Shown: positions 29,137-38,649 of the stretch, piece by piece
How positions within the stretch are numbered: the stretch's first letter is position 1
Layout: each line of letters begins with the position of its first letter
NCBI GenBank assembly: GCA_016182185.1
Contig: JACOXU010000002.1
Span: forward strand, 86,874-150,873
DNA length: 64,000 bases
Direction of reading: 5' to 3'
Source of the DNA: Candidatus Levyibacteriota bacterium
GTDB lineage: Bacteria; Patescibacteriota; Microgenomatia; Levybacterales; UBA12049
Notes under the pieces: generated by a model
Told to the model about the DNA's origin: nothing
What the model saw: the letters and a program-made list of their open reading frames with translations, nothing else
Database searches by the model: none
Position numbers and translations under genes: made by a program

Positions 29137-31287
29137 CTATTTTGTCTTAGAGGATTTTGTTGCGTCTTCTGTGGGCGGAGGAATCTTAACCGGAGGATTT
29201 TGAGGCGGCAATTGAGACTCCGGAGCATTAATATTTAACCCTTGCTGGACAGACTCAGTAGAAGTTGTAGCTTCCGTTGGAGCTGCCCCTGTTTGAAGGC
29301 GTTTCTCCAAGGCGGCAATTTCCTGGTTTATTCTATCTAAATTAACCTTATCATTAGCGACCAATCTTTGTACAATTTGGTATTGAGACAAAGCATCTGC
29401 AAGACTTCCTTTTTGCTCAAGCGCATGCCCGAGGTTATAGTATGCATTGGCATAATCCGGCTTTAAGGATGCAGCGATTTGAAATTGCCTGATAGCATTA
29501 TCCCATTGTCCCAGCTGGTAATAAATTCCACCAAGATTAATATATTCTGTCGGGTTATTTGGGTCAAGAACAATTGCCTGTTGATTGCTAAGTATCGCAA
29601 AGGAATCTGCATTTTGCCCAAATCCAATTAAACTTCTATAAATTGAAGCAAGATTCTGCCAATTAAGAGCTGTTTGCGGAGAATAAGTAGCGGCTGAACG
29701 CCCAGCGTTAATTGACTGCTGGATTAATGTTAATATTGTTTGTTGTGTTTCCTGGTTTGGCGTCTGACCTTGTGGCTGCTGAGACGCAAGGGAATTGGCA
29801 AGAGCAAAATTTGTCTGAGAGAAAATTCTATAGTACGCGTCCCTATATGGAAAAACCTGGATGGCATTGGCCTGCTTGATGTAGGTTAGAGTTCCGTTAT
29901 TTTGAGAGGCTGCCACGAGAGATTGTTGGAATACCACATCAGATACAAGATATTTAACACTAAAAAATCCAATAGTTCCAGCTATCAAGGCAATTATAAT
30001 AAAGCTTATGATCGACAAGATTGCGTTCTTTTCTCTACTTGGGTTATCAAAAGATATCAAGCCTTGTCGAAGAGCCACAATTTGAAGCTCTATGTCAAAA
30101 TATCCTTCAGAAACAGCATTGTTCTTAAGTCCTTGCATGGCCGATGCAATTGCAAGCACAATGAAGAATAGAGCAATTATTACGAAGGAAAAGGGGAGTA
30201 CGAAACTCGCCAATATTCCTAAAAGAGTGATGGTCAATATTGTTCTTTTTCTAATTATTTTAAATAGAATAAACAGGAAAGATAATAAGCCTGCTACACC
30301 TGTGGTTGCCAAAAGTTCCAAGATAAAGCTTGATGATCTGAAGAAAGTCAGAAGCCAAAGATCTTGACTCTGGTTGAAGGCAATCTGTTTAAATCTGGTA
30401 AAATCTGTGGCAAACGTGCCAAAACCGCTGCCAAAAAGCAATCCCAAAACAACTCTTCCTGCATCCTGAGAAATTGCGGCAAAGGCAGTTTGAAATCCTG
30501 TTTCGAATGGCAAAATTAGGAATCCGCCTGATTGCTTGCTGAAGGTGAATAACTCAAAAACAGATAAAATAAATCCTACAAAAATTAAAATAAATCCTAC
30601 TCCAAAGGCAATTTCATTCACTGTAATCTTTTGCCGTCTTGCATGTTCATGGTGCTCGCTAGCCTGATCTGCAAGCGGAGTTTCATCTTTTGATCTTTTA
30701 ACAAAATGAGAAAAGAGAGGCCAAACAAAATAAAGAGCAAGAGGAAGGGAAATAAATAAATAAAGAGCTTGATCTAAAATTGAACCTGTCGTGCTGAAAG
30801 CTTGTACTCGGGTAAATTCAAAAGGCAGGATATATACTTTAAGAAATGTCAGAATCCCAATTATTGCAAGAAGAGCAGCGCCTCCAATAAGAGAAATTGC
30901 CATAAAAAGAACTGAATTTTTTTCTCTTGAATTATTTACAATAATGAAGAAGAGTAACACGACCAGCAATAGAGGTACGACTGAAATTATAGAATCAGCT
31001 TTATTTACAGCAAAAAACGAAGATACAAGAGCAACCGCCGCAAAAATAATCACCGGCAAGTCAAAGGGGGTTCTTCGTATAACAACATGCCCGCTCGCAA
31101 TAATTTTTATACCGAAGAATATAAGAGAAAGAAGGGCAACGCCCACCAGGAGAACTTGCTTGGGGAGGATAAATGGATCGGTAGTAGCTGTAGTTATTAC
31201 AAGAGGGAATAATAACAGCATTATTCCCAGAAGGAAAACTGTTGCGTTTTCAAGATATGAGATAATTTCGTTTTTCGACTGGGCCAT
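29137..31287 (-). CDS. O-antigen-ligase-like polytopic membrane protein with C-terminal TPRs
   Basis: Many TMs, LFGSGFGTF, TPR motifs (YINLGGIYY, AYYNLGHAL). Confidence 0.8.
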   Translation of the reverse strand: MAQSKNEIISYLENATVFLLGIMLLLFPLVITTATTDPFILPKQVLLVGVALLSLIFFGIKIIASGHVVIRRTPFDLPVIIFAAVALVSSFFAVNKADSIISVVPLLLVVLLFFIIVNNSREKNSVLFMAISLIGGAALLAIIGILTFLKVYILPFEFTRVQAFSTTGSILDQALYLFISLPLALYFVWPLFSHFVKRSKDETPLADQASEHHEHARRQKITVNEIAFGVGFILIFVGFILSVFELFTFSKQSGGFLILPFETGFQTAFAAISQDAGRVVLGLLFGSGFGTFATDFTRFKQIAFNQSQDLWLLTFFRSSSFILELLATTGVAGLLSFLFILFKIIRKRTILTITLLGILASFVLPFSFVIIALFFIVLAIASAMQGLKNNAVSEGYFDIELQIVALRQGLISFDNPSREKNAILSIISFIIIALIAGTIGFFSVKYLVSDVVFQQSLVAASQNNGTLTYIKQANAIQVFPYRDAYYRIFSQTNFALANSLASQQPQGQTPNQETQQTILTLIQQSINAGRSAATYSPQTALNWQNLASIYRSLIGFGQNADSFAILSNQQAIVLDPNNPTEYINLGGIYYQLGQWDNAIRQFQIAASLKPDYANAYYNLGHALEQKGSLADALSQYQIVQRLVANDKVNLDRINQEIAALEKRLQTGAAPTEATTSTESVQQGLNINAPESQLPPQNPPVKIPPPTEDATKSSKTK

Positions 31288-31358
31288 AGTATTAATCTAT
31301 CAACATAAATATTCCTTGTCAACAATAAATTACCGATATTTAATGTATCAATTGCCTT

Positions 31359-34300
31359 TTAATTTAAGATGAACCAATTAAAAGGAATGTCCTTATATAA
31401 TGGTGTATTTATTCCTACGGTGAATGAAACATTTGGCACTTGCCTTATCAAATAAAGCACCAGATTATAGGTATCTACGGTAGGAGTAATGTAGATTAAA
31501 GATTTATCGGTAATTGATTTATTAAATATGGTAATCTCTTTCTGACCGCTCTTTATAGTTGCGATACCCGCTGATCCGGTTGCAAGAGCCTGAGTTTCAG
31601 AGATTGCCAAAGCAGGCTGAACCAGGGAGAAATTTAATTTGGAAAAGGTTCCGCTTCCCGATGATATGATATCCCCAAGTTCATTTACAGAAAGAACGGC
31701 CGAATTACTTGAGTTTCTGATCTGAAATGAGGGACTATTATAGTTCTCACTCGATTTGAGAGCAAAAACCAAATCTTGATCCGGAATTGGAGCAATTATA
31801 TTGGCAGATATTGTACCTCTAACCTTTAGATCTTTTGCAAATTCAGCGTTTCCTGAGACTTTTAAATTACCCTCCGTATCAATATATACCAATCCACTCA
31901 AAAGGGAAATTCCGCCTTGTCTTAAAGGCTGAAGCTCAAGATCGCTTCCCAAGACATTTATTGACCTGTTGGCAAGGATTAAGTTTGAGTCGACAGATAA
32001 TTCTCCTACTATAGATACATTGGATAGAGAGGAGGGACCAAGAGATATAAATCCCTGTTCAAAATAAGCAGTTGATGCTTTCAGCTCATCTATGTATGCC
32101 AATTGAGCTGAAAAGGTAGCAAGGTTTAAAATTTCAGATAAGTCTTTGGGATTAATCTGAGATAGTGTTGTCCTGCCAGAATCATTCGGTTGTAAATCAG
32201 ATTCCTCTGAGGCAAATTTTGCTTCCAGCGATTCAATTTGATCTGCTATTATTTTATTAACCCTTAAGATCCCGCTGATTGATGCATTATCGGAATTAAG
32301 ATTTTTCGCTTCTACGTCTTGAGCCGTTAATTTTCCACTGATTGATGCATCCCCGTTACTATTTATAGTAGCCACATCCTGATTTTGCGAATTTTTTATC
32401 ACTAAGGCAGTGTTCTGACCGGCTGAGCCTGAAGCAAGCTTAATTACAAGATTACTGTCTTTTGATAGGGGGCTTATAATATTTGCATATAAGCGGTCGG
32501 TTTTAACCACTGGGGAAATGATTTCATTACTTAAGTTTTCCGCAATAATATCTTTAACGTAATCCTTAAGACTCTGCCCGTTTATAAACACAGAATTAGT
32601 AGCAACTGTCAAAGAATCAGTTGATATTTCACGAGCCTTAATAATTCCTGCCTCTAAATTTTCAACTACTGCCTGAGCCAGAAATTGAGCCGCAGATAAG
32701 GTTTCGTCAATCGCTTGGATTGGGAAAGGATTGGGATTTTGATAACCAATGCCAAGAAGTAGCAAAATCTCTCCCTTGCAGTTTGAATTTTCAATTAAAC
32801 CAAAATTATCACTCGGTGCTTGAACGTTGAGGCAAGAGGCAGGATTGAATGACTGAAGAGCCCTTCCAACAACCATGCCTTCTTTGGTTGCTTTCATGGC
32901 ATAGCCAGGAATTTCTGATGACGTGAGCAGATCTCCCTCATTGATAGGACCATTAATACTGGAAACTTTGGTAGAAACAATTCCCACAAGACCAACAGGT
33001 ATTGATTTTTCTCCAAGATTTTCACCACCTAAGAAACTCGGGTTTCTTGAAGCTACACCAACGATCCTTTCATTCTGTTTACAGGGGGTTGCAAAACCTT
33101 TTTCGTCAAGACACAATATTTCTCCATAATCAATCTTTTGATTCTCATCTTTCCTTAGATATTCGGCAAAATCAGCAATTCCGTTTGTTTGATACTGTAT
33201 TCCTGTTGATCCATTTCCCCTTATCATACCGACTGTTCCCATTCCATCCTGTTCAAAATTGACCCATTTGTTTGAAGTTTGTGTATTGACCGAATTATTA
33301 CCAAGCCTTATTATTAGACCGCTTGCGTCATTTGAGGTACTACTATTATATATACGCGCCGCAGCGGTTGCTGCTTGAGCTTCCTGGACATCCAGACGGT
33401 AAGACGGATCATTTGTTCCAACCGCAACATTTCCTGCAAAGCTTGATTCAACCGATGAGTCATAAACTCTCAATGATCCGGAGATCTCAAGATCACCTTC
33501 AGAAGAAAATGTATTGGCGGTTGAGAAAAAATTTATATTTCCGCTTGAAAAGGATTGGAGCGTTAATCCTCCTTTACCTTTTGAGCTTAGAAAAAGGCCA
33601 GTATCATTAGTAGTAGTTATCTCAGAACTTAATCCGGAAAGGAATAAGTCGCCTGCAATTGTTGTATTTCCACTATTATCCACGGTAAATTTAGCAATTC
33701 TGCTTGCCGATGCGCTAATGAGTGGTCCTAAGTCGTTTTGATTGATGGTAAGGGCCGATTGAGCACTTGAGGTAGCAAGAATTGCAAACAAATCATCTAC
33801 TTCTACTGCTCCAGGTACGTCTGATAGGTTGTTATTGTTTGTGCTATTTTGTAATGGTTTCTGTAGATCAATTTTTCCCAACCCGTCAGGGGATAGCTGA
33901 ACATCTGAATTACTACCGAAAATTGTAGATAAGTATAATATATTTCCCGAAAGACTTAATTTACTATTTACAGCCTGGATAATATGGGGAATTTCGCCGC
34001 CTATCGAGAGATTTCCCGAAGAATCAAGCGCAAGAATTGCATTTGAATCAAGGGGTTCTTTTCCTGAGTTCGTAATAAGTTTAAGACCTTCAATTGATTT
34101 TGCATCCGAGGAAAGAGCAGTATTGGCAATCTGCTGACGAGGGATTAATTCATCTTTGTCTTCAATTGTTATACCAAGCCAGAGTGAAGAATTTTGCATG
34201 AAGATAGATTGAGGTATTTCGTTTTTCTCCCCTAGGCTTATCGTATATTCCCCGTTTTCATTTGGCCTAACCTGATCTAATTCTTCCCAAAGTAACGCTG

Positions 34301-35618
34301 ATCCTGATGCCTTATGATCATTATAAAGCGCAAAACGCAGATTTGTAGGCAATGTGACAGGATTACCTAAAGAGTCGGTGAGCTTTTGCCTGAAGGAGAG
34401 AACCTTTGTTTGATTAAATGGAGACTCTGCTTTAGCAAATTGTTTTCTGTCCAGTGTATTTCGAAAAAGCGATTGATATAATCCAAAACCCAAAGCAGAT
34501 GTGAAGATTATAAGTAAAGCAAAATGTAAATAATGAGATATTGGAAAAGAATGATATGCTTTGTACCATTTTGGTCTTTTATGCAATACATAATGGCTTA
34601 ATTTCTTATGTAGCGTAAGGTATTTTATTGATATAGGAGCGTAGAACGCTTTATTAATATTTGTAACTTGAGGGCCCAGGTTAATATCAGGTTTTTCTAT
34701 AAGTCGTCCTTTTTTGGTAAAAATTGATACTGAAGCAAAAATGGGTTTCTTTTTGAATCGCCAGATTAGATATTGAGTTTCATCCATAGCGCTTATGATC
34801 GGGTTTACCAGCGTATAGTCGAAGACTTTATCAAAGACCCGTATAATTTTTTGTCCTACTCTTACCGGAGGTATTTTTGAATATGAGGCGTAAAGAGGCT
34901 CAGGTCTAATAAGATCTGCCTTTTGATCAGATATGTTTGATCGTAGAGGTTTTTTTAAATCGATCGGACTAATTGATTCCAGTTCTTCCTTAGGGGTGTT
35001 TATTAAACCTGCTTCATGGCACCAGCTCAAATATTTTCTAATAGAAGAAAGCTTACGATTTACACTTGAGGGAGAGAAGTTGCTTTGTATTAGACGAGTT
35101 TTATACTCTTCAACTAAGCTACTGTTCAATTTTTCATAAATATTATCTTTTTTTACAATCCAAGCCTCTTTTGCTTCGGTAACCTTGTCAGCCCATAAAA
35201 GGAACTGCTTGATGTCATTTAAATAGTTTTTTATGGTAATCGATGATGATCCATTTGTATATAGATAGTTCTTGAAATTCCTGAAATTAAATTTATCTGA
35301 ATCCCTACCGTTGCCTTTAATCGATACTTCGAATGGATTAATTTGGATGTTTTTTTGGATTGTCAGAAAAGAGAAAAACTTTCGTAGTGAAGATAGGTAG
35401 CGCAAAACAGAATTTATTGACTGAGTGTTAGAAAGTTCTTTATTAAAAATATTAATTATTTCGGGAGTGATTAGAGAGGGAGTAAAACTAGTTTCAAAAG
35501 TATGTTCATACCAGTTGATAAATTTTTTAATATCAGCAGAATAATTTTTAACCGTTAATTTTGACGGAGGAGTTTGTTGTGAAAATAAATAATCCCTAAA
35601 TTGGACAATAAATTCCAT
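31359..35618 (-). CDS. giant protein: two integrase N-terminal (SAM-like) domains, a TM and a large extracellular fibre-like region
   Basis: S.LTVKNY.ADI..F...S..RYLSSLRKFFSFL and S.ITIKNY.NDI..F...S.SSVNRKLSSIRKYL; TM at about aa 362-382; ADFAEY...GD.LTSS..PG.AMKA region. Confidence 0.85.
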   Translation of the reverse strand: MEFIVQFRDYLFSQQTPPSKLTVKNYSADIKKFINWYEHTFETSFTPSLITPEIINIFNKELSNTQSINSVLRYLSSLRKFFSFLTIQKNIQINPFEVSIKGNGRDSDKFNFRNFKNYLYTNGSSSITIKNYLNDIKQFLLWADKVTEAKEAWIVKKDNIYEKLNSSLVEEYKTRLIQSNFSPSSVNRKLSSIRKYLSWCHEAGLINTPKEELESISPIDLKKPLRSNISDQKADLIRPEPLYASYSKIPPVRVGQKIIRVFDKVFDYTLVNPIISAMDETQYLIWRFKKKPIFASVSIFTKKGRLIEKPDINLGPQVTNINKAFYAPISIKYLTLHKKLSHYVLHKRPKWYKAYHSFPISHYLHFALLIIFTSALGFGLYQSLFRNTLDRKQFAKAESPFNQTKVLSFRQKLTDSLGNPVTLPTNLRFALYNDHKASGSALLWEELDQVRPNENGEYTISLGEKNEIPQSIFMQNSSLWLGITIEDKDELIPRQQIANTALSSDAKSIEGLKLITNSGKEPLDSNAILALDSSGNLSIGGEIPHIIQAVNSKLSLSGNILYLSTIFGSNSDVQLSPDGLGKIDLQKPLQNSTNNNNLSDVPGAVEVDDLFAILATSSAQSALTINQNDLGPLISASASRIAKFTVDNSGNTTIAGDLFLSGLSSEITTTNDTGLFLSSKGKGGLTLQSFSSGNINFFSTANTFSSEGDLEISGSLRVYDSSVESSFAGNVAVGTNDPSYRLDVQEAQAATAAARIYNSSTSNDASGLIIRLGNNSVNTQTSNKWVNFEQDGMGTVGMIRGNGSTGIQYQTNGIADFAEYLRKDENQKIDYGEILCLDEKGFATPCKQNERIVGVASRNPSFLGGENLGEKSIPVGLVGIVSTKVSSINGPINEGDLLTSSEIPGYAMKATKEGMVVGRALQSFNPASCLNVQAPSDNFGLIENSNCKGEILLLLGIGYQNPNPFPIQAIDETLSAAQFLAQAVVENLEAGIIKAREISTDSLTVATNSVFINGQSLKDYVKDIIAENLSNEIISPVVKTDRLYANIISPLSKDSNLVIKLASGSAGQNTALVIKNSQNQDVATINSNGDASISGKLTAQDVEAKNLNSDNASISGILRVNKIIADQIESLEAKFASEESDLQPNDSGRTTLSQINPKDLSEILNLATFSAQLAYIDELKASTAYFEQGFISLGPSSLSNVSIVGELSVDSNLILANRSINVLGSDLELQPLRQGGISLLSGLVYIDTEGNLKVSGNAEFAKDLKVRGTISANIIAPIPDQDLVFALKSSENYNSPSFQIRNSSNSAVLSVNELGDIISSGSGTFSKLNFSLVQPALAISETQALATGSAGIATIKSGQKEITIFNKSITDKSLIYITPTVDTYNLVLYLIRQVPNVSFTVGINTPLYKDIPFNWFILN

Positions 35619-36175
35619 AAAATATTATTGAGATAATGATGTGAAAATTTACTACATAGCCTCAAAATTATACTAATTATACGGATTATCTTAGATAAAA
35701 CTGATAATTTTATCTAGAATAAGTTATATAATATTTTATGTCAAGAACCTAGAGTAATTTGCTTAGTTTAATTCGATATATATTGATGTACTTTATTGCT
35801 AAAATTTTATATGTGAAAAAATATGAATCAGCCGTGAAATAGTAAGGTAGCATTATTATTCTGTTAATTTTCGTATTTAATCTATTTTTTACTATATATA
35901 AATCTATATATTTTAATATCAAAATCTTATTTTTTGCAAATGATTGATTTTGATGTATTTAATTGAAAATTTAGAGTTGAAGATGGGTGCTTGTTAAATT
36001 TGGGTCGATTTTGTGGATTTATTTTGAGGCTAACAGCCATAACTATAGTCCTATATTTGGCGCTTTCCGACTTCAAGTGATAAATTATTGTAAGTAGCTA
36101 TTTAGATTGGTTTGACAGTTAATGTTTTTTAAAGCGGGTAATTATTGACTCAATTTTCTTCTCTTTTTTTGATTA

Positions 36176-37159
36176 CTATCTATTTTTTAATTTTCGTGCC
36201 ACTTTTTTGGCTAAAGTTAATGTAGCAAATAAACCGATCAAGACAATAATAGCATATTTAACAGGAAAAGCAATAAACGAGAGCGATTTACTAATGGTCG
36301 GGCTGTTATCGGATAGAGAGATATTAAGCTCAGCAGTATAATATCCAAGTATAAATCGCTTTGGCAAGTAAATCTTTGTTTCATTACTTCTACTTGATGA
36401 ATTAAAAATTTTGTTTTCCTGCTCATTGTAATTTGACATCAATCTTGATGAATTTGATAATATATTAACTGAATCAAGTTTAATCCTGCCTACAGTTTTA
36501 CCAAAGATGTTTTTTATCGTTATGTTTCCCTGGGGAGAAATAAATGAGCTACCCTTATTTGTAATTTCCAGATCAAATTCAATAGGCGAGTCATTAAAAA
36601 AAGTTTTTGAATCAAACCTAGAGATTTCAGCTTGAATTTTATTATTTCTAACAATAGATAAAAGCACGTTGCTTGCTATTCCTTGAGAAATCTGTGAGTG
36701 ACTAAATTTAGAATCATTTTTTGGTAGGGATAGAAAGATAATTGAAAAGTAAAGATCTAAAGATGTATAATTTTCCGGTATATTTACTCTCAGGTTAAGT
36801 TTTTTCTTCTGTTTGGGAGCAAGGATAATGTTTCCTTCCAAGGCTTTTTCTCCATCATATATTCTTATCTTATTTAGAAGCTCTGTCTTTTCTATGCTTA
36901 GTTGATTTGATTCAACGGACTCGACCTCTCCGTTTTTCTTATCTGTTGCTGTAAATGGCCTTAAAATTATTTGGATTTCAACTGGTTCTTTCTCAAGATT
37001 ATTTATCCAAAATTGGGCTGATACATCAGCAGGGGGAATAGCACTGATCGCGATAACTGGTGGAGAAATAGAGAGCGATTGCGGAGCCGCCATGGTCTCA
37101 AGCGATAAGAGCAAAAAAATCACACCAAAAAATGCGAAGGCAACAATCTTATTTTTCAT
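36176..37159 (-). CDS. secreted Ig-like protein with a C-terminal TM (DUF916/WxL-partner-like)
   Basis: Signal peptide, LSISPP, ITNKG..FI.P.G.I.IKN.FG, C-terminal TM. Confidence 0.7.
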   Translation of the reverse strand: MKNKIVAFAFFGVIFLLLSLETMAAPQSLSISPPVIAISAIPPADVSAQFWINNLEKEPVEIQIILRPFTATDKKNGEVESVESNQLSIEKTELLNKIRIYDGEKALEGNIILAPKQKKKLNLRVNIPENYTSLDLYFSIIFLSLPKNDSKFSHSQISQGIASNVLLSIVRNNKIQAEISRFDSKTFFNDSPIEFDLEITNKGSSFISPQGNITIKNIFGKTVGRIKLDSVNILSNSSRLMSNYNEQENKIFNSSSRSNETKIYLPKRFILGYYTAELNISLSDNSPTISKSLSFIAFPVKYAIIVLIGLFATLTLAKKVARKLKNR

Positions 37160-37160
37160 C

Positions 37161-37892
37161 TTAGAAATTTGGCAAAGCAATATATGTAAGTGTATTGATA
37201 TATTTTGTTATCTTTTGAGCATTTGAGATATTGACCTTATAGGTTATTTTTGCCTGTTTTTTCTTGTCTTCTGAATGGCCGCTTAGGACTTTTTCCCATG
37301 CTTCTTCTTTGGATAAATCAGGGAGTTGTTTAAATAACTGATCAGCCTCAAAATCTATACAGTCATTTCCGATCAGTTTATCGCATCTATAGCCGAATCC
37401 GTAAACGGTTGCTTCTTTCCAAACGGCAGGAATTGTTTGAGTGCAGCTTCCATTGTCGCAGGTTGTATCAGGAATTGGGATGTTTTCAGAAGATTTAAGC
37501 TCTTGATTTTCGCTTGCAAGAACAATATAGCCAGTTGAATTAGAGTAAATTGTCAGCAAATTTGTTCTCGTAACGGGATTGTTGGGTGATAAAATTCCAA
37601 AATCAATTAGGTCAGATGACAAGGAGAAGGAAAAATTTGAATTTTGCTTCTCGAAACCATATTTCACTTTAAAATTTTTTCCAATATAAATATCAGATGG
37701 AGAATCAGTTAGGCGAGGTTTTTCTTTTTTTGGCATGCTTATTGTTTCTGTAGGAACAATTGGTTCAGATTGTAGATTAATTTTATCTCCTGACATAACC
37801 TGGGCATTTAATACTTTGATATATTTTGATCCAGTAAAGAAAATTGAAATGAGCATGGAAAAGATGAAGAAAACTACAGGAGGTCGTGTCAT
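37161..37892 (-). CDS. secreted hypothetical protein (WxL-like)
   Basis: Signal/TM, IDFG.L.P, ends Y.NTLTYIA.PNF. Confidence 0.7.
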   Translation of the reverse strand: MTRPPVVFFIFSMLISIFFTGSKYIKVLNAQVMSGDKINLQSEPIVPTETISMPKKEKPRLTDSPSDIYIGKNFKVKYGFEKQNSNFSFSLSSDLIDFGILSPNNPVTRTNLLTIYSNSTGYIVLASENQELKSSENIPIPDTTCDNGSCTQTIPAVWKEATVYGFGYRCDKLIGNDCIDFEADQLFKQLPDLSKEEAWEKVLSGHSEDKKKQAKITYKVNISNAQKITKYINTLTYIALPNF

Positions 37893-37893
37893 A

Positions 37894-38514
37894 TCAACTT
37901 ATTTCGTCTCTAATTTTCTCAGCATCTGAGACAATATTTTTAAGCTCGATAATTTCTTCAGGACTTCTAGGGGTTTCTTTTTCAAGTAAATCTTTGCTTG
38001 TATCTTCGATCTCATCTACATAACCCTCTACTTTTTCTTTCTCGAGATGATCATCCGAATCGGCACCTTTTTGATACTCTCTTCCAAACAGGAATGCAAT
38101 AGGAGAAACCAAGAGTAATGAACCGAGTCTTATAAAATTTCCGGTGACATCGTCTTTTAGAGCATCCGGAAGAAAGACCATGATGACACTTGCGCAAAAA
38201 ACAGCGATCGTAATCGGATCAAATACAAAAACCAAAGCAAATACGACAAAATATAGAAGAAAGAAGAAACTTGATGCAATACTGCCGGTTGAGAAGATAA
38301 AAAGAAGAATGATTGTGTTTAGTATAAATACTGAGAGGGGACCTCCTAAAAATATCATTTTTATTTTCTTTGTTCCAGCGAATGTACTTACTACATATAT
38401 AAAGATCAAAAAACCGATAATCTGAATTGTGTAATTCGCAAGAGGACTTTGTTGCCATATAAATACCAGGATAAAAGATAAAAGCAATAGGAGAGATTGA
38501 AGGAGTATTTTCAT
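37894..38514 (-). CDS. membrane protein with an acidic C-terminal tail
   Basis: 206 aa, about 5 TMs. Confidence 0.75.
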   Translation of the reverse strand: MKILLQSLLLLLSFILVFIWQQSPLANYTIQIIGFLIFIYVVSTFAGTKKIKMIFLGGPLSVFILNTIILLFIFSTGSIASSFFFLLYFVVFALVFVFDPITIAVFCASVIMVFLPDALKDDVTGNFIRLGSLLLVSPIAFLFGREYQKGADSDDHLEKEKVEGYVDEIEDTSKDLLEKETPRSPEEIIELKNIVSDAEKIRDEIS

Positions 38515-38516
38515 AC

Positions 38517-38553
38517 TTCGAATTCCTCAGCATGATCCTGAGTTTGTCGAATG
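38517..38553. repeat. REP-like palindrome
   Basis: TTCG..CTCAGCATGATCCTGAG..CGAA imperfect inverted repeat; partial relatives near 24830 and 7119-7159. Confidence 0.45.
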
Positions 38554-38649
38554 GTCATAATCCAATCGTATAGAATTGCGCCTCAAAAAGCAAGATATAA
38601 ATTAATTTTTAATATGGATAGGTTAATTTTCTTGTGATATACTTCGTTT

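Noticed and set aside
31359-35618. Functional site-specific integrase or mobile element
   Set aside because: Only N-terminal binding domains are present; no catalytic tyrosine-recombinase motifs.
35620-36175. Long AT-rich spacer as an ncRNA or origin
   Set aside because: No clear stems, repeats or DnaA-box cluster; probably regulatory DNA.
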